In this document: piece after piece, positions 28,292-37,965 of the stretch
Layout: every line of letters begins with the position of its first letter
How positions within the stretch are numbered: position 1 is the stretch's first letter
Origin: Candidatus Versatilivorator sp.
GTDB taxonomy: Bacteria; Acidobacteriota; Terriglobia; Versatilivoradales; Versatilivoraceae
DNA length: 64,000 nt
NCBI GenBank assembly: GCA_965207735.1
Contig: OZ242296.1
Span: forward strand, 4,000,001 to 4,064,000
Direction of reading: 5' to 3'
Made by a program: the position numbers and the translations under genes
Notes under the pieces: model-generated
Seen by the model: the letters and a program-made list of their open reading frames with translations, nothing else
The model's database searches: none
Told to the model about the DNA's origin: nothing

Positions 28292-28319
28292 AAGTAACAA
28301 AAAGGACGTTATGTTACAC
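28292..28319 (+). other. Tyrosine-recombinase-type (Xer/dif-like) palindromic site
   Basis: AAGTAACAAAA-aggacg-TTATGTTACAC: inverted arms around a 6-bp spacer; right arm resembles XerD TTATGTTAAAT. Confidence 0.45.
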
Positions 28320-28558
28320 GGTTTGAGGAGGCAGACTTCATGCCCAATTCAGGACCAGACGCACATAGATTGGAGCTCCTGGAGGAGAGGTGGCCTTCGT
28401 AGTTTGGACAAGTTCCCAGGCCGAACAAGTTGAAGTCGTTAGGTCGTCTCTGCCTTTGGGATGTAGGGGCCCGCAACACGGGTGATCTCTCCCAGAAATA
28501 GATCCAGCGTCTTTGCTGTTCATGGTGGCGGCGATTCTATCGACCGGGGCTTTCGGGA

Positions 28559-30145
28559 TCAACGGTAACGCACCCACAGCTCAACCTCGGTCAGCTCCAG
28601 CGTGGCCGTGACCATCGGATTGCGTTTCTTGAGGAAGAAACGGACTTCGTTGCTGCCGGGCCTGGGATAGGGACCCGAGGTCAGGTCGATCTCGATCCAG
28701 CGCTCGCCGAAAGCCACCGGGTCGGCCTGGCAGCGCTGCTGGGAGCGGGGAATGGGCGCTCCGTTGAGATGGACCTCCCACTCGTCGCTTTCAGGGGTGA
28801 TCCCGGGGACGCCCAACTTCAGATTCACTTCCTTGACCAGCCCGGTGGCCGCTGCCGCCGGGAGGTCATCGCCCACAATCAGGGATACGGAATGGCCGCT
28901 GGCCCGGATGTCCAGCTTCCTGGGAATCTGCCTTGGGATGTCAGCCAGGTCGTGCCTGGCGTTGGGTAGCAGGAAGTAGTGCTTGTCTCGCAGCCGGATG
29001 CCCTCGGGATCGCCGATCTCCCGCAGGATTCTCCGGTCGTCCTGGCAGAGAGGGTGGGGGCGATGGTTGAAGAAGTTGTAGAGGTAGAGGCTGTCTACCC
29101 CTGCCTGCCAGTATCTGGAGGCCGCCGCCCGGAACTGCTCGTCGCTGACGTCCATTCTCTGCTCCAGGCAGGGCGACACCGCGATGGAAGTCCCGGAGGT
29201 CAGCTCCAGGAATTCTTCCACCGGAACCTCCATGTTGAACCGGATGTAGTGCTTGGGTACGACCGAATCCACCAGGCCCTCCTCGATCCAGGCCTGAACG
29301 TCCAGTCCGATCCCGAGGGCTCCTTCCAGTGTTCTCGGCACCAGCACCTGGAGCTTTAATTCCCTCCCCTTCTCACGCGCGATTTCCTGCATGCGGCGGC
29401 GCACCTTCCTCACGAATTCCGTCATGACGGGCGCCTTGCCGCGGGCCTCCTCCGGCTTGAAGTAGAAGGGGTGCCTCAGGAAATCGAGCTCGAAGCCCTC
29501 GATGTCATAGCGCTGACAGGTTTCCTCAATGATGGCCAGGTGAAAGTCGTGGATCTTCGAGTGGGAGAAGTCGAAGAGATGCCGGGAATAGTGCTTTGTA
29601 TTGCCGCCGATGCGCAATTCCGGGTGCTGGTGCCAGAAGGTCCCGGTCCAGAAATTCTTCTCCGGTCCCTCCTTGGAGTAGGCGAAATGGGCATCGTTCA
29701 TGCGCTGGCTGACAAAATACTGCAGCCCTCGCTGGTGAGCGCGCTCGCCCAGCACCCGTACCGGGTCGTTCCCCTGCTCCACCAGGTGGCGGGCGTTCTC
29801 CCCTCTTCGAAAATCGAAGGCGCTGGAATACTTCCCCTTGGCCAGGTCCCAAGCCCTTTCGCCCACCTTGGTGTCGTGCAGGAAGACCCGCGGAAGCACC
29901 AGGCAGTAGACGTACCGGTCAACCGGAATTCCCGAGAACTGATCCACCAGGTCGGTGAGCTCCTCCACCTTCATGGGGTAGCGGTGGGGGATGAACACCA
30001 CGCTGTTGCCGTCGTCGTTGTAGATCAGGCGAGGCTTGCCGGTCCGGCTCCGAGTCTCGCGCCCGGAGCCCGAGCTCGGAGCCGTTGCTGCCAGCAGTCC
30101 GGCGGCGCCGGCGCCGATCTTGAGAAACTGTCGTCTAGTGGACAT
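28559..30145 (-). CDS. Tat-exported TIM-barrel glycoside hydrolase-like protein
   Basis: TRRQFLK twin-arginine signal; RLIYNDDG, RMNDAH, YDIEGFELDFLR, LYLYNF motifs. Confidence 0.7.
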   Translation of the reverse strand: MSTRRQFLKIGAGAAGLLAATAPSSGSGRETRSRTGKPRLIYNDDGNSVVFIPHRYPMKVEELTDLVDQFSGIPVDRYVYCLVLPRVFLHDTKVGERAWDLAKGKYSSAFDFRRGENARHLVEQGNDPVRVLGERAHQRGLQYFVSQRMNDAHFAYSKEGPEKNFWTGTFWHQHPELRIGGNTKHYSRHLFDFSHSKIHDFHLAIIEETCQRYDIEGFELDFLRHPFYFKPEEARGKAPVMTEFVRKVRRRMQEIAREKGRELKLQVLVPRTLEGALGIGLDVQAWIEEGLVDSVVPKHYIRFNMEVPVEEFLELTSGTSIAVSPCLEQRMDVSDEQFRAAASRYWQAGVDSLYLYNFFNHRPHPLCQDDRRILREIGDPEGIRLRDKHYFLLPNARHDLADIPRQIPRKLDIRASGHSVSLIVGDDLPAAAATGLVKEVNLKLGVPGITPESDEWEVHLNGAPIPRSQQRCQADPVAFGERWIEIDLTSGPYPRPGSNEVRFFLKKRNPMVTATLELTEVELWVRYR

Positions 30146-30291
30146 GGAAGAGACACCTTTCCCTGTGCGGTCATTGGGGCGCCGGCCGGAGCCGGGGCTC
30201 TACTGGTGTTGATTAAGTCAAGGACAGGCTAACAAAAACGCCGCCGTCTGGGAAGTTGCGCGAACCCGGGGCCGTGGCCTGCAGGAGCGTC

Positions 30292-32085
30292 TCAACGACC
30301 GTTCGGGCCCTGAGCCTGTGGTTGGCTCAAGGGGTTGGCCAGCACCGGCAGGCGAGGAATATCTCCGGGGGGCCGTCTCAGCGCCAGGTCTTCGAACAGG
30401 AGCGAGGGCACCACCAGCGAGACGATCGGAGGTGGCCCCATGAAACCCATGGCAGAAAAGGGATTGGTCATCGGGAGACGCATGGTCGTATGGTGGGGAG
30501 TCAGAGCCTCGGAGGCAGCCGCGATTTCCCGGAAGCTGGACGCGCTCAATCCCAAAATGACCGCCTTGCGAATCAACTCCTCACGCCCGTCGGGAAATAC
30601 CTTGTAGGCCTCGGTTAGAGGCTTGAGCTTCGGTCTCGCCTCCTCACCCGGCATCGCGAAAAAGACATTTCGGTCTCGAGACAACGTCATTTCGGGACTG
30701 CCGATCCGGCGCACCACGATTCCGAAATCCAGGCCCCGCTCTTCCACCAGGTCGAGCAACTCCTGCCTGATTTCCTCCTGTTTCGACCCATTCTGCGGCA
30801 TCAGGAAGAGGTTGGAGGGACTTGGTCCCGTATTTCTTCGATTCCCCGTACTGTTGGACACCCCTGAAACCGGGGTGCGGGTGGCAAGCAGGGTCTTGAG
30901 AATGCCCCTTTGGACGACTGTTGTGCGGCGGGAGCGCACCCCCTCCTCATCGACCTCATACCCCCCCAGCAGCGGCGCTTCGCCGTGACTTCCGGCCGTG
31001 GGGTCGTCGATGAGGCTGAGAAACCCGGGCAGGACCCTGGAGCCCAGCTTTTCCAGGAACGGATTTGGGGGCGCAGACCCGAATCGGCCGAATATGGGAT
31101 CGTCGGAAATAGGGGTCCGCAGAGCCAGCAGCCTGGGCGCCAGAATCTGGCTGACAAGCTCTGCCGCGGCCTGCCCTTCAAACAACACCGGCCCGTTGTA
31201 ACGCTCCACGAACCCGGCTCCCTGGAGCCGACCCAAGCGTTCAGCCAGGGCCCGGATTCTTGCCGCCAGTTCGGCCTGTTCCGGCAGATCCTTCCATTGA
31301 CGGCCGCGTGCGACCACGAAGTCTTCCAGGTGTGTCCCGTCGACGGCCTGGGTGGCCGCCAGGGCCCGGATGGAAGCAGAGGAGAAGTTCCTGATGTAGG
31401 AAGAGCCTTCGCTGTTGATGAAGTAGATCTTTGCGCGACTCAGGCCGGCGCTGACCCTGGAGTCGAAGACCTGCGGCATACCCTTGAAGAGGGCGGACAA
31501 TTCCTGCACTGTCTCCTCCAGCTGAGCCTCAGCCGGCAGCGGCGCCTGGGTACCGTCGTCTCTGTACTCGACCGGCTCTTCCCGGCTGAAGTCGGGGATT
31601 TCCTCGACCCGCGTCTTGTTCTGAAGACTGGCGCGCTTCTTGGCGAGGCTGTGGACGGCCTGCTTGTAGGCGCCGTCTGTAGCCAGCCAGATCTGCCGCC
31701 TCAGCTCCTTGTAGTCGTCCCGCAACGGGAGAGAGACGGGAAACCCCTCTGGGACCACCCTGGAACGCATTCTTCCGAAATCCATGAAATTGGTGTTGTC
31801 AAGGTCGTGATCTCCGACCCTCAGCTCCACCGACAGATATCGGCTGCCGCTCCCGCTGCCGCGGCCAAGCAGTCCGCCCAGAATGGCCGTGCGACTCCGA
31901 CCATCGGATTCCCGAACCCAGTAGGCCACGTAATAGGGCCTGTCCATGTCCTCCAGTTGCAGCCTTTCGATGGTCCGGCCCATCTCGTCCCGCAGGGCCT
32001 TCATGAGCAGGTTTTCCTGTGCCTGAAGCGGGACAACGGGCAGCAGAACAGCAAGCCAGAGGGTGGAAAGAGTGCCGCGTTTCAT
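30292..32085 (-). CDS. TldE/PmbA-like non-catalytic metallopeptidase subunit with signal peptide
   Basis: YNGPVLFEG.AA, DDPT, VDEEGV, GILKTLL..RTP; no HExxxH; signal ...PLQA-Q. Confidence 0.75.
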   Translation of the reverse strand: MKRGTLSTLWLAVLLPVVPLQAQENLLMKALRDEMGRTIERLQLEDMDRPYYVAYWVRESDGRSRTAILGGLLGRGSGSGSRYLSVELRVGDHDLDNTNFMDFGRMRSRVVPEGFPVSLPLRDDYKELRRQIWLATDGAYKQAVHSLAKKRASLQNKTRVEEIPDFSREEPVEYRDDGTQAPLPAEAQLEETVQELSALFKGMPQVFDSRVSAGLSRAKIYFINSEGSSYIRNFSSASIRALAATQAVDGTHLEDFVVARGRQWKDLPEQAELAARIRALAERLGRLQGAGFVERYNGPVLFEGQAAAELVSQILAPRLLALRTPISDDPIFGRFGSAPPNPFLEKLGSRVLPGFLSLIDDPTAGSHGEAPLLGGYEVDEEGVRSRRTTVVQRGILKTLLATRTPVSGVSNSTGNRRNTGPSPSNLFLMPQNGSKQEEIRQELLDLVEERGLDFGIVVRRIGSPEMTLSRDRNVFFAMPGEEARPKLKPLTEAYKVFPDGREELIRKAVILGLSASSFREIAAASEALTPHHTTMRLPMTNPFSAMGFMGPPPIVSLVVPSLLFEDLALRRPPGDIPRLPVLANPLSQPQAQGPNGR

Positions 32086-32141
32086 GGGATTGCTCCTTTA
32101 GCCCGCATTTCTCACCGGGGACGTGATGCCGCCATGAAAGA

Positions 32142-33830
32142 TTAAGGCGACTCCCAGGGTGGGGGAAGGATCGGAAGTCGTTCCGGGGATTTCTCTTTCT
32201 TCTGGACCTCGATCTGCGAAACCAGCACCGCCGGAGAGACGGCTGACACCGGCACCCCCCCGGACTCGGCTCCGCAGATGCCGTTAAAGGACTCGACCTG
32301 ATCGTCCGCGGCCGTAATTTTGCTGAAGGAAGTAAGCGGCGTGCCGATCAGGTCCACCCCTCGGACCAGCTCCTCGCGCCCGTCGGCATAGATTCGGTAC
32401 ACCATGGTCGGCAGCACGTTGAAGGCATTGGGTCTAACCCTGCCGGTCATGGTGAACCCGCCCTGGACGTCCTTGAAATAGAGTCCGAAGGGCTTGTCCT
32501 CCCGCTTGAGATTTTCGATCAACATGGCCTTGAGCTCGTCGCGGGAGTGAGTCCGGTCCACCTCGACGAACAGGTTCGACTGGCGCGCCACCGCAGCCAG
32601 GCCTGCCTGCTTTCGACCGTGCCCATTGGAGCGGGAAAATCCCTCGATAGGCGTCCGGGATATGAGGAAGTTCTTCAACACGCCCTTCTCGATGACAAGC
32701 ACCCGGCGCGCCTTCACTCCCTCATTGTCGTAACGGTAGGCCCCGACCAGATCCATGGACTCCCTGCGCCGAACGGTGGGGTCGAAAATGACCGAAAAGG
32801 TCTCCGGCAGCACCTTCTGATTCACCATCTTCTTGAAGGTCTGGCCCTCTTCTTCCCTTTTCTGGCGATGGCCTTCCACGCGATGGCCCAGAATTTCATG
32901 GAAGAACACCCCGCTGGCCCGGCCGGAGAGAATGGCCGGGCCGGTATAGGGGTCCACCAACGGAGCCTCCCTCAGGGCTTTGAGATCGGCAATCATTTTC
33001 TCGACAGTCTGCAGGATCTCACTGTCGTCGGGGAGTCCCTCGGGAGTGAAGGAGAAGTAGGACTCGTAACGCGGCAGCTCCATCCCGTCCTCGGCCTTGG
33101 TGTAGGCCATGATCATCAGGCGGTAGTAGGATTGGGAGGTTCGAATCTCGCTGCCTTCGCTGTTCACGTACCAGCGAGTCTCCACGCTGGCCGACAGCGT
33201 GGCATTGGCCGAGTAGATGTAGCCGGAACCGGCAAAAGGAGCCGTGTACCGGCGCAGCTTCTCTTCCCAGGGAGATCGGTCGAAATCCAGAGGAAGCGCC
33301 TCCTCCAGCCACTTCTGGGCCGGTTCGGCCGAGAAGTCCCCGGCTTGATCCTCCTCTTCCACCTTGACCTGGACGTTGGTTTTGACCTTGGCCAACCGCT
33401 CGACGGCCGCCTTGTACTGCTGGTCGGTCCGGCGCCAGAGGATACTTCGAAGCGCCGCCGGATCTCCCAAGGGAGTCTGTTGATAGGCATACCGAGGGAA
33501 ATTGGCCGACCTGTCTCCCCGGATGGAGTGGGTGTTGTCCAGCTCGGGGCTGCCCACCCGGAGATCGACGTCGACTACGGCGCTCTCACCCTCTGAGCTC
33601 CCGATGATATTCCCGAACGAAGCTCTCACCGAATATCTCTGATTTCCGGTGACCTCGTAGCTGAGAAAGTAGAGCGGCGTCGGCTGTTTCGAGAATGTCT
33701 CGACCGAGCGTTGCAGCTCTTCCTTCATGGCATCCAGCACCGGAGTGGCGCCACGCACCGGATGGACAGCCAGGATCGAAGCCGCCACCAGCAGGGTTGG
33801 GAACAGGAGACCTCGGGGGAGTGATCTCAT
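32142..33830 (-). CDS. tldD: TldD-like metallopeptidase with signal peptide
   Basis: FFHEILGHRVEG zinc motif, YDNEGV, SNGHGR, C-terminal GICGAESG.VPVSAVSP. Confidence 0.8.
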   Translation of the reverse strand: MRSLPRGLLFPTLLVAASILAVHPVRGATPVLDAMKEELQRSVETFSKQPTPLYFLSYEVTGNQRYSVRASFGNIIGSSEGESAVVDVDLRVGSPELDNTHSIRGDRSANFPRYAYQQTPLGDPAALRSILWRRTDQQYKAAVERLAKVKTNVQVKVEEEDQAGDFSAEPAQKWLEEALPLDFDRSPWEEKLRRYTAPFAGSGYIYSANATLSASVETRWYVNSEGSEIRTSQSYYRLMIMAYTKAEDGMELPRYESYFSFTPEGLPDDSEILQTVEKMIADLKALREAPLVDPYTGPAILSGRASGVFFHEILGHRVEGHRQKREEEGQTFKKMVNQKVLPETFSVIFDPTVRRRESMDLVGAYRYDNEGVKARRVLVIEKGVLKNFLISRTPIEGFSRSNGHGRKQAGLAAVARQSNLFVEVDRTHSRDELKAMLIENLKREDKPFGLYFKDVQGGFTMTGRVRPNAFNVLPTMVYRIYADGREELVRGVDLIGTPLTSFSKITAADDQVESFNGICGAESGGVPVSAVSPAVLVSQIEVQKKEKSPERLPILPPPWESP

Positions 33831-34019
33831 TCCGCACCTCTCGTCAAGAACGGACTACAGGTATTGACCGTGAAAGGGTTCTTAAAACCATTTTAACCGC
33901 AAAAATTGCCCACCGATCAAAATTCCGCCAGGGACAACCTCGCAAGCCGGGTGGGCGGGGGGAGCCGCCCCCATGAGGCGGACCCCCCGACAGATACAGC
34001 GACTGCCGGACCGCTCCCG

Positions 34020-36356
34020 TCAGCGCGGCTGATTCCAGTCGAGGTGTTTGCGCAGAAAGCGGAAGGTCCCTTCCCCGTGGATCTCGTGTTCTCCTTCGAA
34101 CCATTCGATCTCGGTGCGGCTGCCCAGGCCCAGTTCCCTGTAGAGACGCCTCACCTTGGCGTATTCGTGGGCGACCCACTCGTCCAGTCCCACGGCGTCC
34201 CGATGCCCGCGCTCCACCATGAAGGGGCGGGGGAAGGTCAGGTAGGCCATCTCGGCATAGTTGAAGCTCGTTCCCAAGCCGAACTCCGGCATTTCGTACT
34301 CTCCGGTGAACATGTAGCTGTTGGGCCACTCCACGGTCACGTTCTTCCATATCCACTGGTTGAAATCCCCGGAGCAGATGGAAAGGGCGTAGTCCTCCAG
34401 AACAGCCGGGACTCTCATGGCGGTCTTGCCGCCGTAGCTGAGGCCGTAGAAGCCGATCCGTTCCCCATCCACCCAGGGAAGGGTCTTCAGCCAATCCAGG
34501 ATGCGGCGGTGCTGGCCCACGATGAAGGAAAAGATGGAGAGCTTGAGGGGGTTGGCCTTGCGCTGCAGCACCCGGAAGCGGTCTCCTCCCCGGTAGGGGT
34601 TGTGGGGGGCGAAGACAACGAAGCCCTCCTCGGCCAGGCGGGAAGCAAAGGCCCGATAGTAGCGAAATCCGTCAACGTCGGTCCGAATCACGTCCTCGGG
34701 CAGCCCCTCCAGACCGTGCTGAGCCACCACCACCGGGCGGCGTTCCCCCGGCTGAAGATCCTTGGGGACCAGGAGAAGGCCCCAGGCAAAGACATCGGGC
34801 CAGACGTCGAGCACCACCTCGTACCCCGTCCACTTCCCGGTCTCCCTCCACCGGCGTGAACGCGGGTCGCCGGCAACCATGGGGTCCTCGATCTTGCCCA
34901 GGATCTCCTTCCAGAAGGTGGAGCGCCAGCGGGCCGAGTTGCGGGTGAAGGACTCGGCCGATTCCCGGTTGTCTCGCTTCAGATAGCGTTGGTCGCGGAT
35001 GCGGTCCGAGGTTCGCTGCAGGTCCTGAAGCGTCCTTTGGATACCGCCCACCAGGCGCCGCTGCTGCTCAGCCGCATCGGGAGGTCCCTTTCCCCTTCGC
35101 TTCGGCACCGCGCCCGAAACTGCCGCAACCACCGCACCCTCCGCCAGGGGTTCCAGCAACCCCTGCAGCGCCGCCTCCGACCCCGCGGAGACCAGTCCCG
35201 CACGCGGGTCCGGCGGGACCAGCTTGACCCGGCCCGCGGCCCCGGCGGGGAGGGCCGCCGCCCACTGCTTGAGCCGGTTGAACTCGGAGATCACCCTCTC
35301 GGCAGCGGGAGTTTCGATCCTGCCGGGCGCGGCCACGGACCTGCGGCCCTCCCCAGGGGGAGGCGGACCCTCCACCCGGGGGGCCCGCGAGTGCTCGACG
35401 ACCAGGGTGCGCGGCAGCACCAGGCTCCCGATCTCGGCGTCCCCGAACTCGGTCAGCAGGGCCCAGACGTTGCGGTAGATCGGTTCCTGCCAGACCCGCT
35501 CCCGAGCGGAAAAATAGCCGCTCACCAGGCAGGAATCGATTCTCGGATCCACCGCCGCGGCGTAGAGGGCGATCAGTCCCCCCTCGCCCTGCCCGGCCAG
35601 GCCAATCCCGGCTCCCGGCGAGGATCTCGACTCCAGCCAGTCCACCAGGGCCAGGACCTTCTGCACTTCGTATCCGATGGGGTGGCGTCCCAGGGGGTAG
35701 GCCATGCGGTAGAGCCACTCCCGGTGAGGCATGTTGGTCATGGCGCGCCCGGCGGGCTCGAGAGCCGGGTTGCCCGAAAACCGGCTGCCGCGGTCGACCA
35801 GGGCCGGCACGATCACCTGGCAGCCGGATTCCGCCAGACGAAGAGCGAATCTGTCCTCGGGCCGAACTCCCGGCTGCACTCCCACCAGTTGTTGCGGGGT
35901 GACGTCGGCATCCGGCAGCGCAATCACCTGGGCGATGGGAGGCCGGTTCCTGGGTCGCACCAGCAGTCCCTCGGCTGACAGGCCCGGCACCACGTCCCAA
36001 CGGACCCGCCAGACGGTCACCGAATCGCTTTGGGCCAGGGGCGCGCTTCCCTCGGCCGAGAGGAACTCCAGCCGGGGCGGGGACCTGCGGTCCACCGCTC
36101 CGATGATCTTGCGGAATCGCTCCCGGTTGGCCTCGATCGACCGGACGTAGTCGGATTCCGAGGAGAAATCTCTCTCCCAGAAAGCCGCTCGCCCCTCAGG
36201 CGCCGCTTTCAGTCGCCGCATCAGGAAACGGTCGATCCCGGCCACCATGCGAGCCGACAGGTCGCCCTCCCAAGTCAACTCGGCGGTGCCGGGAAGGCGC
36301 CCGGGTTGCTGAGCCGGCGCTGCCGAACCGGCCTGAACCAGAAAAACCAGTCCGAA
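34020..36356 (-). pseudogene. Exported tandem alpha/beta-hydrolase (dienelactone hydrolase-like), IS-interrupted in the signal peptide; original 5' end at 37848-37880
   Basis: GFYGLSYGG nucleophile elbow. Removing the IS and one CGAA restores MVMPMRTRILLFGLVFLVQAGSAAPA. Confidence 0.8.
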
Positions 36357-37843
36357 GAGCCTTTTGCAAAATTCGCAGATAGCGGGAATTTTCACGTGGG
36401 GAAAGATCAAGGAGGGCAGGTGGAAGGAGGGGCAAGACCACTGTCTGTTGTATCATGAAGGTGTCTGAACCACATGATGAACGGAGGTGGAACTTGCCCC
36501 TTAGGGAAACCCTATCACGACACTGGTTCCGGTTTCAACGAGAGCTGTTTCCCCTGCTGGAGGAAGTTTTGGGGCCTCTGGGAGAGCGTTACCAGCGGCT
36601 GGTGCAGGTATTGGAGTTGGTGCGGGTGGAGGAGTTGCTGCCTTACAGTCGGGGCTGGCGTGGCCGGCCGCTGGAGGATCGGGCAGTGCTGGCGCGAGCC
36701 TATCTGGCGAAGTCGATGCTGGAGGTGGCGACCACGCGGGGATTGGTGGAGCGGCTGAGGAGTGAGGGGAGGCTGCGGCGGCTGTGCGGCTGGGAGAGGG
36801 CGTGGGAGGTACCGAGCGAGTCGACCTTCTCGCGGGCCTTTGCGGAATTCGCTGAGAGCGACCTGCCGGGGCGTTTGCACGAGGCATTGCTGGAGGAGAC
36901 GCTGAAGGGCCACTTGGCGGGGCATGTGTCGAGGGACTCGACGGCGATTGCGGGACGGGAAAAGCCAGCGGCCAAGGCTGCGCCGGAGGCCAAGCGGAAA
37001 CGCCGGCGGGGCCGGCCGCCGAAGGGCGAGCGACGGCCCAAGCGGTTGAGCCGGCTGGAGCGGCAGGGGTCGATGACGCTGGAGGAAATGTTGAAGGAGT
37101 TGCCCAAGGCCTGCGACATCGGCGTCAAGCGCAACGCCAAGGGGCATCAGGAGAGCTGGACCGGCTACAAGCTACACCTCGACGCCATTGACGGCGGGAT
37201 TCCGGTCAGTTGTCTGCTGACCTCGGCCTCGGTGCATGACTCTCAGGCAGCCATTCCGCTGGCGACGCTGACGGCAAGGCGGGTCGAGAGTCTCTACGAC
37301 TTGATGGACAGCGCCTACGATGCGCCGGAGATCCGGGCCTTCAGTGAGAAGCTGGGGCATGTGCCGATTATTGACGTCAACCCCCGCCGAAGAGCTACCT
37401 TGAAAGCCGAGCGGAAGCGGGAGGCACTGGCCCGGCGCTGTATCGGCCAAGTGACTCCCGAGGCGCGGCGCTACCGGGAACGCTCGACGGTGGAGCGGGT
37501 CAACGGACGGCTCAAGGAGGAGTTTGGCGGGAGGCAGGTGAGGGTTCGCGGCCCCGACAAGGTGAGGTGCCACCTGATGTTCGGCATTCTGGCCCTGACG
37601 GTGGATCAGTTGATGCGCCTGACGCTCTGAAGACCGGGTTGCCACCCCCAACCGCACAGCAGGTTCGCCCGCCTCAAGGCCGGGAGAGGGTAAGCTGTGC
37701 CTGCGTCCGGCGACCGCTGGCCATCCGGCCATCAGATTCGGGCTTTTTCCTTCAAAAGGGTCTTTGCAGCTGGGTAGTCACCGCCGGAACATCACTGTTG
37801 CCAGCCCAATGTCATGCCCGATTCCGAATTTTGCAAAAGGCTC
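36357..37843 (+). mobile_element. Insertion sequence, 1487 bp (IS5/IS1182-like DDE), copy 1
   Basis: 19-bp terminal IRs GAGCCTTTTGCAAAATTCG / CGAATTTTGCAAAAGGCTC; 4-bp target duplication CGAA. Confidence 0.92.
36455..37630 (+). CDS. DDE transposase
   Basis: DSTAI, GYKLHL, DSAYD, Y.ERSTVERVNGRLK motifs. Confidence 0.92.
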   Translation: MKVSEPHDERRWNLPLRETLSRHWFRFQRELFPLLEEVLGPLGERYQRLVQVLELVRVEELLPYSRGWRGRPLEDRAVLARAYLAKSMLEVATTRGLVERLRSEGRLRRLCGWERAWEVPSESTFSRAFAEFAESDLPGRLHEALLEETLKGHLAGHVSRDSTAIAGREKPAAKAAPEAKRKRRRGRPPKGERRPKRLSRLERQGSMTLEEMLKELPKACDIGVKRNAKGHQESWTGYKLHLDAIDGGIPVSCLLTSASVHDSQAAIPLATLTARRVESLYDLMDSAYDAPEIRAFSEKLGHVPIIDVNPRRRATLKAERKREALARRCIGQVTPEARRYRERSTVERVNGRLKEEFGGRQVRVRGPDKVRCHLMFGILALTVDQLMRLTL

Positions 37844-37965
37844 CGAATAGAAGAATTCTTGTTCTCATGGGCATCACCATTGTGTCCCGAAACGCAAACG
37901 CCTGCAATGAGAGTAGAATCTGTCCAAGCGTCACCTAATCTTGAACGGGCTGAAGGAGGAGGAGC

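Noticed and set aside
28330-28558. Small ORFs between the kinase and the GH-like gene
   Set aside because: No coherent frame or motif; likely remnant DNA at the island edge.
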